Virus record (IMG/VR): IMGVR_UViG_3300042473_001368
Strand: one strand, 5' to 3'
Source: a virus
DNA: 64,000 nt
The stretch's first letter is position 1, and every line of letters starts with the position of its first letter. This document shows, in pieces, positions 31,498-41,085 of the stretch. A program made the translations under genes and the position numbers. The notes under the pieces are model-generated. The model was not told the DNA's origin and ran no database searches. It was given only the letters and a program-made list of their open reading frames with translations.

Positions 31498-31836
31498 ATG
31501 ACTACCTTCAAGGAGTACTTTTTAACAGAATATGCAAAGAAAGAAAACGCACTACAAAGTCGTTTAGTGTCGTTAAAGTCTGGACCAAATGGTAAGTCGT
31601 TTGATAGAGTGCATATGAGAAAGAATCCAGGCACAGTAAGAAAAGAATATATACCAAAGCACACTATACCTAATGGTGTTGTATCTGGCCCGCAGCTCAT
31701 TAAGTTACTACAATCATATAAGATCGATTTCGCTCCAGGTAAAACAAAACACCTTGGTAACTCTTCATCCACCGTTCAAATGTATACAGGTGATGATGGT
31801 GTACAGTATGGCAAAGTGTCTACACTAAATAAGTAA
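31498..31836 (+). CDS. Small basic late protein, candidate capsid internal protein
   Basis: TATAAATA at 31485-31492; N-terminus MTTFKEYFLTE resembles the T4 capsid-targeting sequence. Confidence 0.55.
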   Translation: MTTFKEYFLTEYAKKENALQSRLVSLKSGPNGKSFDRVHMRKNPGTVRKEYIPKHTIPNGVVSGPQLIKLLQSYKIDFAPGKTKHLGNSSSTVQMYTGDDGVQYGKVSTLNK

Positions 31837-31837
31837 T

Positions 31838-32782
31838 ATGGGATGTAATCCATCAAGAACTGATTGCACTATTGATAGTGTATTTGCTGGTGCAGCTAAC
31901 CTTAATTGTGGGCAGTTGCTTAACCCTGCGAATCTCATGGGTGAGCAGTTAGTATTTGATATGGCTTTTAGAGACCTAATTAACAATTTAGGTACACCAG
32001 TAAATTATTACATTCATTCGTTCAATTTATCTGCAGCTGATACATTTTATGGCTCAGATCCAACATCAGTTTTCTATGGACCTGTTTCATTGATGATGTA
32101 CCTCGAGCTAACTGATGGTGCTATTAAGTTATCTAAGTTTGGCTTCACACCGGATGATGAATTCACCGGATATGTTCATATTGAAACATTTGAGAATCAA
32201 ATAGCTGATAGAGACTTCTACATCAGAACACAAACAGGAGCACTTTCGAGTTATAACGAGTATCTTACATATGTACAAGCTCAATCATCAACTCCTGGAT
32301 TTAATTTTCCTGCTAACATTGATACGACAGCTCCTGAAGTAGGTGGTTATGATTTCAGTACATCAAGATATTCAGCACTACAACTTTATAATAGCACTGG
32401 TCAATCAGTAGAGCCAAAATCTGGCGATCTAATCGAAGTGTGGCCTCTTGGCTGTGATAGACCAAATGGTAGAGGCTCTAAGATTTATGAAGTAACAGAG
32501 AGAACTGATCAAGATATAGCTACTCTTAACCCTGTTCTTGGTCACTATGTTTACCGTTTAAGAGCTAAGAGATATATGCATTCATTCGAGCCTGGAGCAC
32601 CAACAGAGAAACAAAATCAACAAATATTCGACAATGCTTTCTCTGGTATTATATCATCAACTATACCTGGCGTGTCAGCCTCTTCTGCGAAGTCGTACCC
32701 AGGCGATATAGATAACACCTCGAGAAACGAGGTGTTTGACATGTCGGTAAATAATACCGATATCTATGGTGAATACTATTAA
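31838..32782 (+). CDS. gp14: Neck/head completion protein (gp14-like)
   Basis: DLINNLGTPVNYY...LSKFGFTPDDE...EPKSGDLI...IYEVT. Confidence 0.75.
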   Translation: MGCNPSRTDCTIDSVFAGAANLNCGQLLNPANLMGEQLVFDMAFRDLINNLGTPVNYYIHSFNLSAADTFYGSDPTSVFYGPVSLMMYLELTDGAIKLSKFGFTPDDEFTGYVHIETFENQIADRDFYIRTQTGALSSYNEYLTYVQAQSSTPGFNFPANIDTTAPEVGGYDFSTSRYSALQLYNSTGQSVEPKSGDLIEVWPLGCDRPNGRGSKIYEVTERTDQDIATLNPVLGHYVYRLRAKRYMHSFEPGAPTEKQNQQIFDNAFSGIISSTIPGVSASSAKSYPGDIDNTSRNEVFDMSVNNTDIYGEYY

Positions 32783-33138
32783 AGCTTATCTCCTACAATA
32801 ATACTGTTGCCTGATAGAGTAAAGTTATGAGTAGGTTGCTTAAGATCAACTTTAACATTATTAGCAGCAGCAACATCTGTAATAAACTCTGATAGTTCTC
32901 TGTGCATTGCAAAGATAGCTGGTGCTCTATCTCCAAGCTCGTTTAGGATTTCCTGAGGAGTAAAGCTATCATCCGCCCATACAAGATCAATGCCTCTACG
33001 CTGTACACTAACTAAATCATTAAATGTTTCACATGTCGTATTCACAATTATATTAGCAACAGCTTTGAGTCTCTGTTGTCTCATTTCAGGTGTTACAGTC
33101 GGCGCGGCAGGAATTTTGTTATCAGTTAAGATTGACAT
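32779..33138 (-). CDS. Hypothetical protein
   Basis: 119-aa ORF downstream of glycosyltransferases. Confidence 0.6.
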   Translation of the reverse strand: MSILTDNKIPAAPTVTPEMRQQRLKAVANIIVNTTCETFNDLVSVQRRGIDLVWADDSFTPQEILNELGDRAPAIFAMHRELSEFITDVAAANNVKVDLKQPTHNFTLSGNSIIVGDKL

Positions 33139-33147
33139 ATATGATAT

Positions 33148-34062
33148 TTATGCTTTGTTGTATATATTACTTGAATCGAGAGGGTCTGAGAGAACTGCAT
33201 AGTAAATTGCTTCTTCATCAAACATTTGAGTATATTTGTCGAATGGACACTCAGCAGGAATACCACCGATTTCGAAATCATACAAATATGATTTTCTATG
33301 ACCTTTAGAGTAATCAGCTTTAGGAAGAATATTTGCATGCATATCGTAACCGAATAATGTAGGAGATGTAACATTCCATATTACTTTCGATGGCTTACCA
33401 ATTGCAGCAGCAATATGCTGTAAAGAAGAATCGATAAGAATACGTTCGGTTGATAAGTGTATGATAGCTGCTAAAGTACCTACTGTGCAACGTTCATCTA
33501 ATCTCTCGCAGTTCTCGAGTACAGGGTGATACTGATTACACACATGTAATACATGATAACCTTTCTGTACTAACATATTCACTATTGACTGAGCAATATT
33601 AGGGTGAATATCTCTAGCCCAGTTATACGGTAGCGTATGAACGCTACCTCCGAATGGCTGAAAGACGCAAAGTGGTTTCTGATTACCTAAAAATCGTTTA
33701 CCTGCAATTTCTACCTCTCTAAAATTAAAATTAAGTGATGAACTCTTGTATTGCTTTGTACCAACAAGATTGCACCAGGTTTTAATAAGGTGCAATCTCT
33801 TAAAAATATGATCTTGCTGTCTGTACGGATCCTGAGCGAAGATTTTTGTATCTGTCCTGCCTGAGATATAATCTCTATAGAAATACTCGAGACTGTTGAG
33901 GTCTCTACTCTCACTTACACCTTCATTGCGTTCAAATACTCCAGGATACGCGCTACATACAATAATATCATCGTCTTTATTTTCATGCTTATATGAATTG
34001 ATAACACTAGTAGCAGCTACATGCTTACCTAGTCCTCCTGTTATATGAAAGATTGTTCTCAT
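33148..34062 (-). CDS. Glycosyltransferase, GT9/heptosyltransferase-like
   Basis: GGLGKHV N-terminal motif; LIDSSLQHIAAA...VIW. Confidence 0.75.
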   Translation of the reverse strand: MRTIFHITGGLGKHVAATSVINSYKHENKDDDIIVCSAYPGVFERNEGVSESRDLNSLEYFYRDYISGRTDTKIFAQDPYRQQDHIFKRLHLIKTWCNLVGTKQYKSSSLNFNFREVEIAGKRFLGNQKPLCVFQPFGGSVHTLPYNWARDIHPNIAQSIVNMLVQKGYHVLHVCNQYHPVLENCERLDERCTVGTLAAIIHLSTERILIDSSLQHIAAAIGKPSKVIWNVTSPTLFGYDMHANILPKADYSKGHRKSYLYDFEIGGIPAECPFDKYTQMFDEEAIYYAVLSDPLDSSNIYNKA

Positions 34063-34691
34063 TGATCGAAATTTGATTTAAAGTTCTGCCTGTCTTGATA
34101 TACAGTGTTGAATGGCTCTGTTTTTTTAACAAGATATTTTCCACCCACTCTATTATTTACAGACATGTGTTGAATGATCTTAGCATAAAAGTTATCAATC
34201 TCCATTCCTGATGGAATAGCCATATTAACAATATCTTCATATATATTTTCGGAAAGAGCGTACGCGTGAGTTGTAACTATCTGATTTCTGAATAACTGCT
34301 CTTCAAGACCACCTAAGTAGAGCATATCAAAATCGTGAAGATGGTTGTAGTTGCCTAATAGCAGATCATCAAGGTTTTTTGAAAACTGAACATCATCTTC
34401 GAAAATAAGAATACGCTTGTAATTATTCTGCTTTGCATCTGCAATACATTTGAGATGTGATAACCTACACCCTAATGCGTTCTTTATATAATTTTCATCC
34501 TTGCGATTAAAATTTCTATATACGCTATCAGGTATCGAACTTAGATCTACATCTACAACTGAGCCCTCTGTACGTTTATAATTTTTAATGCCAAACAATG
34601 CAAAATATTTTAACATGTTGTTATTCCTATCTTCGTCTTTCTCTAGATTTATATAGTAAATCATGTCAAAGATGTTATCTGCAAGACTCAT
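34059..34691 (-). CDS. Glycosyltransferase family 25
   Basis: YYINL...DR, GCRLSHL, LIFEDD, TTHAY. Confidence 0.85.
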   Translation of the reverse strand: MSLADNIFDMIYYINLEKDEDRNNNMLKYFALFGIKNYKRTEGSVVDVDLSSIPDSVYRNFNRKDENYIKNALGCRLSHLKCIADAKQNNYKRILIFEDDVQFSKNLDDLLLGNYNHLHDFDMLYLGGLEEQLFRNQIVTTHAYALSENIYEDIVNMAIPSGMEIDNFYAKIIQHMSVNNRVGGKYLVKKTEPFNTVYQDRQNFKSNFDQ

Positions 34692-34743
34692 GCCGGTATT
34701 TTATATTTAAAATATTACTTATCAACTATAAAATAGACCATCA

Positions 34744-35562
34744 TTGCTTTACTGGTTTCAATGTGTAAATAACTACATGGACAAAGAAGTTTTCTTTATT
34801 AACGGAATGCCTCGCTCAGGGTCAACGCTCTTATGCAATATTCTAGCTCAAAACCCAGGTTTTCATACAACACCTACAAGCGGATTATCTGATATTGTGT
34901 CAAACATAAATCATATGTGGCATCAGAATCCGACTATAAAAGCTTCTGAACCCCCTGAAAAACAGTTAAGAGTTATTAAGGATTTAATACAGTCTTATCA
35001 CAGTGATACAGATAGACCTGTAGTGTTCAATAAGTCACGAGGTTGGTGTCCTCTAATAGAGCTCATAGAACTATCTACTGAGAAGCCTATTAAGATTCTA
35101 ACAACAATAAGAAGCTTACCGTGTATAATTGCGTCTTTTGAAAAATTGTACAGAAAAGAATTAAAAAACATAAGTTCTCCTATGCAACGTACTCAAGAGA
35201 TGGGTATTATGTCAACTCGTATAAACGCTTGGACGAATGGTGTAGTTGGTTCAACATTCAATACCATACAAGATGCTTTCCTACGTGGTCATAAAAGTAA
35301 GTTTCATTTTATTGATTACGAAAAACTTACTACATCGCCAGAAATCGCTATGAGAGGTGTTTATGAGTTTTTAGATAAACCTTATTTTAACCACGATTTT
35401 AACAATGTTGTACAATATACATTCGAAAAAGATATTGAACATGGCTTTACTGATCTACACACTATTAGACCTATAATTAAGCCGCAAATTGATGATAGTA
35501 AAGAGATCTTAGGACCGCTTTACGACAATCTTACAGGTTTTCATTATGATTTTCACGGTTAA
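34744..35562 (+). CDS. Sulfotransferase family protein
   Basis: GMPRSGSTLL PAPS-binding loop; IDYEKLTTSP. Confidence 0.85.
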   Translation: MLYWFQCVNNYMDKEVFFINGMPRSGSTLLCNILAQNPGFHTTPTSGLSDIVSNINHMWHQNPTIKASEPPEKQLRVIKDLIQSYHSDTDRPVVFNKSRGWCPLIELIELSTEKPIKILTTIRSLPCIIASFEKLYRKELKNISSPMQRTQEMGIMSTRINAWTNGVVGSTFNTIQDAFLRGHKSKFHFIDYEKLTTSPEIAMRGVYEFLDKPYFNHDFNNVVQYTFEKDIEHGFTDLHTIRPIIKPQIDDSKEILGPLYDNLTGFHYDFHG

Positions 35563-36792
35563 TTAACTAACTAACGGGATACGGAACCAGCTACCATTAA
35601 TGTTGACGCATAAACTATCAGTTGAATAACCTGTGAAATTTACTGTACCTCCAAGACTTAGTGGATTATTACTTGATCCAAGAACTAGCTGACCCGATCC
35701 TGTGACAATAGCACCAGCTCCAATAGCAATTGAATCACAAACATTAGATACGCTCTGACCAGCATTACAGCCAATAAAAACCGAATTTTTAACATACGTT
35801 GCATTAAGACCTGCAGCGTAACCTATAAATGTAACATGACAGCTATTAGTTGCACAAATTCCCGCACTGTTACCTATAAAATTAGCATGACAGCTAGTAC
35901 TAGCACCTCTACCTGTATATCTACCGATAAATATATTGTTATTTGTATTATTTGATGCTTTACCTGCACTGTAACCTATAAATGTTACATCATTGTTAGT
36001 CGTTGATCCGCAACCTGCGCACCTACCTATAAAATTAGAGTCACAGACAGTACTAGCGTTTCTACCAGCGCATGTACCGAAGACGTTATTATGACACGCC
36101 GTAATCATTCCTACACCAGCATTATTACCTATAAAGTTAGAATCAGTTGTTGCTGTAACACCATTACCTGCATTACATCCTATAAAATTAGAATTACTTG
36201 CTGATGTAGAATTACATCCTGCTCTTTCTCCGATAAAATTAGAAAAACTAGATGATGTTGCACCGTAACCAGCCGCGTTACCTATAAAATTAGAAGAACT
36301 CGCAGAACCCGCTCCGCAGCCAGCCGCGTTACCTATAAAATTAGAAGTACTTGATGATGTTGCACTTCTACCAGCATTATTACCTATAAAGTTAGAATTC
36401 TGAGCTGACGTTGCACCGTTACCTGCATTAAGACCTATGAAATTAGCACACGTAGAACTTGTAGCGTTATTACCAGCACTTCGGCCTACAAAGAAACTAT
36501 CTGAACGAGTCGCACTTATAGGTATGCTACCTATGTTAATTGCACTTGATGCGAATGTCTGAGTCTGAGTAAATGTATTTGCTGCGCTAAGTCGAGCATA
36601 ACCGCTTAAAGAGCTACTGAGAGCATAAGAGCTTAGAGAGCTATTGAGAGCATAAGAGCTTAGTGCAGTACTTGAAATATATAAGGAAATTGAACTTGCT
36701 AAACCTCTTACAGTAACACCTCCCTGAACAAAAACGAGTGTCTCACTTCCTGAAAGTGGTTGCGCGGAGGGTAGTTGTGAAATCTTTGGCAT
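35563..36792 (-). CDS. Fibre/adhesin-like virion protein with 14-aa NFIG..AG repeats
   Basis: MPKISQLPSA fibre-type N-terminus; about 17 [SN]NFIGxxAG repeats; late promoter 36798-36804. Confidence 0.7.
   Translation of the reverse strand: MPKISQLPSAQPLSGSETLVFVQGGVTVRGLASSISLYISSTALSSYALNSSLSSYALSSSLSGYARLSAANTFTQTQTFASSAINIGSIPISATRSDSFFVGRSAGNNATSSTCANFIGLNAGNGATSAQNSNFIGNNAGRSATSSSTSNFIGNAAGCGAGSASSSNFIGNAAGYGATSSSFSNFIGERAGCNSTSASNSNFIGCNAGNGVTATTDSNFIGNNAGVGMITACHNNVFGTCAGRNASTVCDSNFIGRCAGCGSTTNNDVTFIGYSAGKASNNTNNNIFIGRYTGRGASTSCHANFIGNSAGICATNSCHVTFIGYAAGLNATYVKNSVFIGCNAGQSVSNVCDSIAIGAGAIVTGSGQLVLGSSNNPLSLGGTVNFTGYSTDSLCVNINGSWFRIPLVS
36606..36659. repeat. Two tandem 27-nt repeats encoding (A)LSSYALxSS
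   Basis: ttaaagagctactgagagcataagagc / ttagagagctattgagagcataagagc. Confidence 0.8.
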
Positions 36793-36802
36793 AATAATAT
36801 TT

Positions 36803-36820
36803 ATGGAACTCTTATATAAT
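36803..36820 (+). promoter_or_regulatory. GAAC-N5-TATAAT promoter (variant ATGGAAC)
   Basis: ATGGAAC TCTTA TATAAT 18 nt before ATG. Confidence 0.6.
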
Positions 36821-36838
36821 TAGTATATAATTATTAAA

Positions 36839-37531
36839 ATGGTTAAATTCGATAAAGACACTCACACCTATACCAATGTTATTACTGACGAGAAGTATAT
36901 TTCGTGTACAACATTGCTAGGAAAATATGTAAAACCATTTGATTCCGACTACCATGCAGAAAGAGTAGCAAAACGTGAAGGTGTGTCAAAAGAATTTATA
37001 CTCAATGTTTGGAAGCAGCAAAACGATACTGCGAACGAAAGAGGTACAAAAATTCACAAGCTGCTTGAAGATTATATTGGTGAAGGAGTAACTGATTCAC
37101 TATATAATTGGCTCTACAAATCGTATGATAATGTATGTGCTGAAGTCATTAGCAAGTACAAAACTGTACAGACAGAGCATATGCTTCATAATCACGAATT
37201 TAAGATTGCAGGCACATCTGACCTTATCTTTGATCATGGTGATACATTCACTGTGGCAGACTTTAAGACTAACAAAGCGTTTAAGTTTGAAAATAAGTAT
37301 AATGAATTTCTTTTAGACCCTGTGTCTCACATGATGTATAGTCAATTCACTGTGTACGCCTTACAATTGTCTCTCTATGCTTATATGCATGAGCTCCTAA
37401 GCGGAAAGCGGTGTAGAAAGCTTGTGTCATTATATTTAAAGGATGATAAGATAGTACCTTACCATTTTAACTATTTGAAGACTGATATTATTAACATTTT
37501 GAATCACTACAGCCTAAATAGCTGTAAATGA
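36839..37531 (+). CDS. PD-(D/E)XK exonuclease (Cas4-like family)
   Basis: RGTKIHKLLE, IAGTSDL...VADFKT, YALQLSLYAY. Confidence 0.85.
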   Translation: MVKFDKDTHTYTNVITDEKYISCTTLLGKYVKPFDSDYHAERVAKREGVSKEFILNVWKQQNDTANERGTKIHKLLEDYIGEGVTDSLYNWLYKSYDNVCAEVISKYKTVQTEHMLHNHEFKIAGTSDLIFDHGDTFTVADFKTNKAFKFENKYNEFLLDPVSHMMYSQFTVYALQLSLYAYMHELLSGKRCRKLVSLYLKDDKIVPYHFNYLKTDIINILNHYSLNSCK

Positions 37532-37743
37532 AAAAAGATGTTTTACTAAAAAAATTAGATTCACATATCGAAAAGATTCAAGACACACTAGATGATATAT
37601 CATCCTTGCTTGAATTAGATGTTGATGATGAAGAGCTTGCTCAGATGTCTGTGATATTTAAAGAACACGTAGAGGCTGCAATTACAGATAATGATGAGTG
37701 TAGCTACAGTGATATCGCTGATTATATAAGAGAAAATTTATAA
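37528..37743 (+). CDS. Small acidic hypothetical protein
   Basis: 71-aa ORF with ATGA overlap. Confidence 0.6.
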   Translation: MKKDVLLKKLDSHIEKIQDTLDDISSLLELDVDDEELAQMSVIFKEHVEAAITDNDECSYSDIADYIRENL

Positions 37744-37777
37744 GTTGATTTTCTGAGATCATCATTATAATTGTTTT

Positions 37778-38647
37778 ATGGTGAATGTGTTGATCCTAGG
37801 AAATGGCTATGTTGGCAATGAACTTAATAGATTGTTAAATAGATGTAATGTACACTTTAAATCTTTAAAAGATCTTAATTATCACGATCAAGGAACTCTA
37901 CGGAGATACATAGGTAATAACAATATATCCTATGTTATTAACTGTGCTGGTTTTACTGGGCGTCCTAATGTTGATGAATGCGAAGAAAAAAGAGAATTGT
38001 GTACTAAGCTTAATGTAACTGTACCTCTGCAGATCGCAGAATCCTGCAAAGCACTATATGTAAATTATATCCACATCTCATCAGGTTGCATTTATGGCGG
38101 TTATGAAAAAAATTATACAGAAGAAGATACTCCCAATTTTGGTTTCTACGATAGTCATTCTTCGTTTTATAGTAAAACGAAACACCTTTACGAAATATTG
38201 AGTAATGTAGGTCTTACAATAAGAGTAAGAATGCCATTCACGCCATATGCTAGTAATCGAAACTATCTCAACAAACTAATCGCTTATGATACACTTATTG
38301 ATTGCGTAAACTCTAAGACATATTTGCCAGATTTGTGTAATTTTATTCAGTATATTATTGATAATAATATCTACACCAATAATATCGGTGCGGTAAACTT
38401 TGTAAATCCTTCGCCTCTTTGTACTAAGCAAGTAGTTGAGCTAATGGAAGAGTTTAATTTAGTGGATTCATCAACTAAACAGTTCGTGTTAACTGTAGAA
38501 TCTCTCAATGTAAAAGCAAACAGATCAAATTGCGTGCTTGAAAATAAGAAACTTGCTGAATTATATCCAGATTTCTCTATACGTACAGAACGCGAAGCAA
38601 TAAATCATGCTTTGTCTGAAATGAAGGAACTATCAAACACAAAATAA
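37778..38647 (+). CDS. NDP-4-keto-6-deoxyglucose 3,5-epimerase/4-reductase (RmlD-fold, NRS/ER-type)
   Basis: GNGYVG; NCAGFTGRPNVDECE; SSGCIY; SFYSKTK match NRS/ER-type enzymes. Confidence 0.8.
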   Translation: MVNVLILGNGYVGNELNRLLNRCNVHFKSLKDLNYHDQGTLRRYIGNNNISYVINCAGFTGRPNVDECEEKRELCTKLNVTVPLQIAESCKALYVNYIHISSGCIYGGYEKNYTEEDTPNFGFYDSHSSFYSKTKHLYEILSNVGLTIRVRMPFTPYASNRNYLNKLIAYDTLIDCVNSKTYLPDLCNFIQYIIDNNIYTNNIGAVNFVNPSPLCTKQVVELMEEFNLVDSSTKQFVLTVESLNVKANRSNCVLENKKLAELYPDFSIRTEREAINHALSEMKELSNTK

Positions 38648-39375
38648 TGACAAAAGGAATCGTCCTCGCAGGTGGAAAGGGTACACGTTTGTACCCGCTA
38701 ACGCATAGTATTAGTAAACAGTTACTGCCTGTTTATAACAAGCCTATGATATATTACCCTCTTCAAACTCTAAAAGATATGGGTGTAACTGATGTTCTAA
38801 TCATTGTATCAGATCTTGTACAGTTCATGCTTTTTAATAAGCAGTTAAAGTCTGGTGAAGATTATGGGATGAACATAAAGTATGAGGTTCAAGAGTCGCC
38901 TAATGGCTTACCTGAGGCATTCATTATTGGAGAAGAATTTATTGGCGATGATGATGTTGTGCTTGTCTTAGGTGACAATGTATTCATCACAAATACACCA
39001 CTCAAAGCTTCACCTAATACAATCTTTACATATAGTGTACAGAATCCCTCAGCATATGGTGTTGTAGAGGTTAAAGATAATAAACTTGTACAGATTGTTG
39101 AGAAACCTAAAGAATTTGTGTCGAATGACGCAGTAGTTGGATTGTATTCGTTTACAAATACTGCAGTGAAATTAGCTAAGGAGTTAAAGCCTTCATCTCG
39201 CAATGAATTAGAGATAGTGGACCTCATTAGGAACCTCGATAAATTAGAGGGAGTTAATATTCACAAGTTAGATGGCTTCTGGTTTGATTGCGGAACGCAT
39301 CAAGATTTATTAGAGTGCGCAAATCTGATTGAAGCTATTGAACACAGAACAACACAAATAATTGGATTACACTAA
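38647..39375 (+). CDS. rmlA: Glucose-1-phosphate thymidylyltransferase
   Basis: GIVLAGGKGTRLYPLT...SKQLLPVYNKPMIYYPL; WFDCGT. Confidence 0.95.
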   Translation: MTKGIVLAGGKGTRLYPLTHSISKQLLPVYNKPMIYYPLQTLKDMGVTDVLIIVSDLVQFMLFNKQLKSGEDYGMNIKYEVQESPNGLPEAFIIGEEFIGDDDVVLVLGDNVFITNTPLKASPNTIFTYSVQNPSAYGVVEVKDNKLVQIVEKPKEFVSNDAVVGLYSFTNTAVKLAKELKPSSRNELEIVDLIRNLDKLEGVNIHKLDGFWFDCGTHQDLLECANLIEAIEHRTTQIIGLH

Positions 39376-40380
39376 ATGAAACGTATTATAGTAACAGGCG
39401 GATTTGGCTTTATTGGTTCTCATGTAATTGAAGAGCTTTTAAAGAGAACAGATGTAGAGATTATCGCAAATATCGATAACCTTCAGATTGGTAGTGATCC
39501 TAATAACCTACCGAAAGATTCGAGACTTCAAAACTTTGGCGCTGATATAGCAAATAAGAAAGTAATGGATAGTATTGTTAGGAAGGTTAAACCCACGCAT
39601 ATTATTCACCTTGCGGCAGAATCGCATGTTGACAGATCAATTACAGGTCCGATCAACTTTATAACTACAAATGTATTAGGTACTACAGTTCTTCTTGAAT
39701 GCTTGAGATTGATTGCTCCTACAGCAAAGTTTGTTCATGTATCTACTGATGAAGTTTATGGACATTTAGAGTCGCGAGACGCTGAACCATTTACAGAGAA
39801 AACTCCTTTGGATCCTCGTTCACCATACTCTTCATCAAAAGCTTCTTCTGACCTTATTGCGCTCTCTTATAAGAGTACATATGGTCTTGATATTACAGTA
39901 ACTCGTTGCTGCAATAATTATGGTGAGCGTCAATTCGACGAGAAATTCATTCCTACTATTCTTAAGCATATCGTAGAGAAGAAACAGATTCCAGTTTATG
40001 GTAATGGGCAGAATGTAAGAGAATGGATTTATGTCAAAGACCATGCGAAAGCGCTTCTAGAGGTTCTGTTCAGTAATAAACCAGAAGATGTGTACAATAT
40101 ATTTGGCACAGAGCGCTTATCTAATCTCCAATTAATTAATGTTATCACAGATATTGTTGAGGATGTATATCCAATGTACAAGCAGCAGAATTACATTAAG
40201 TTTGTTGAAGACCGGAAAGGTCATGATTTTTGCTACATGATTGGAACAATTCACGATAACGCAATTGACGCACTTTATAGTCAGCAAGATTTTTATGCGT
40301 CGTTAGAGAAGGTCGTGAAGTTCTACGCAGATAAATTTACATCGCAAAAATACAAAACGAACTCCTATACAATTGTGTAG
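39376..40380 (+). CDS. rmlB: dTDP-glucose 4,6-dehydratase
   Basis: VTGGFGFIG, HLAAESHVDRSI, VSTDEVYG, PYSSSK, DRKGHD. Confidence 0.95.
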   Translation: MKRIIVTGGFGFIGSHVIEELLKRTDVEIIANIDNLQIGSDPNNLPKDSRLQNFGADIANKKVMDSIVRKVKPTHIIHLAAESHVDRSITGPINFITTNVLGTTVLLECLRLIAPTAKFVHVSTDEVYGHLESRDAEPFTEKTPLDPRSPYSSSKASSDLIALSYKSTYGLDITVTRCCNNYGERQFDEKFIPTILKHIVEKKQIPVYGNGQNVREWIYVKDHAKALLEVLFSNKPEDVYNIFGTERLSNLQLINVITDIVEDVYPMYKQQNYIKFVEDRKGHDFCYMIGTIHDNAIDALYSQQDFYASLEKVVKFYADKFTSQKYKTNSYTIV

Positions 40381-40381
40381 T

Positions 40382-40651
40382 ATGAGAGTTCTAAGAGTTA
40401 TCACTCCAAAGGAAAATGCACAATGGGATCCAGAAGTAGCGTGCGATGTTCTTATTGATTACTTCTACGAGGTTGATCATGAGAACAAAGGCGTCAAGTT
40501 TGTTGATGTAAAGGGATACGTAGCTAACGAGGATGGCAAATTAACTCTTTGGGAACTTCCATATAATAAGAAACTGCTTATGATTGGCATGATCCTTAAT
40601 AGTCCGCTTGCGCACGAATCTCATTATTTTTTACATAAAGACGAAGAATGA
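40382..40651 (+). CDS. Hypothetical protein
   Basis: ORF; start moved to MRVLRV. Confidence 0.55.
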   Translation: MRVLRVITPKENAQWDPEVACDVLIDYFYEVDHENKGVKFVDVKGYVANEDGKLTLWELPYNKKLLMIGMILNSPLAHESHYFLHKDEE

Positions 40652-40836
40652 AAGAATACGAAAGTACGATTGGTAAGTATCGATTCAAGCTCGATGCTCA
40701 AATGAATAAGATTGAGGTATACTGTCAGTCAAAAGGAGTAGAGCCTTTAGCTCTCATACAAGTGAAGCCTAATTTGCAAGAGAAGGACTTTCATTATGAG
40801 ATCATGCAATGGGCATCAGAAAATAACGCAATATAA
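40648..40836 (+). CDS. Hypothetical protein
   Basis: 62-aa ORF with ATGA overlap. Confidence 0.55.
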   Translation: MKEYESTIGKYRFKLDAQMNKIEVYCQSKGVEPLALIQVKPNLQEKDFHYEIMQWASENNAI

Positions 40837-40841
40837 AATAT

Positions 40842-41084
40842 ATGTACTGTAACTGTGGAAATAAGATTGAAGAAGCTCGTCTCGAGCTTAAACTAGAGAA
40901 GTGTAGGGTTTGTGCTTTTGCTGGACCTGATCTACGTCCTAAAGGTCGAATGATTTATAGCCATAAAACCGCTGGTGAGATTGAGATCTTGTCGCATAGT
41001 ACTTGGCAGGAGAATCGTTCACGCTTTCAAGCTAATGGTGCTCGCAGCGCAGTTAAGAATTTTAGTAAAAACGTTTGTAGTTAA
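40842..41084 (+). CDS. DksA/TraR-type C4 zinc-finger-like protein
   Basis: CNCGNKIEEARLE...CRVCA. Confidence 0.55.
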   Translation: MYCNCGNKIEEARLELKLEKCRVCAFAGPDLRPKGRMIYSHKTAGEIEILSHSTWQENRSRFQANGARSAVKNFSKNVCS

Positions 41085-41085
41085 T

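Noticed and set aside
36839-37531. CRISPR-Cas (Cas4-like nuclease)
   Set aside because: No repeat-spacer array or other cas genes. Solitary PD-(D/E)XK exonucleases are common in phages.
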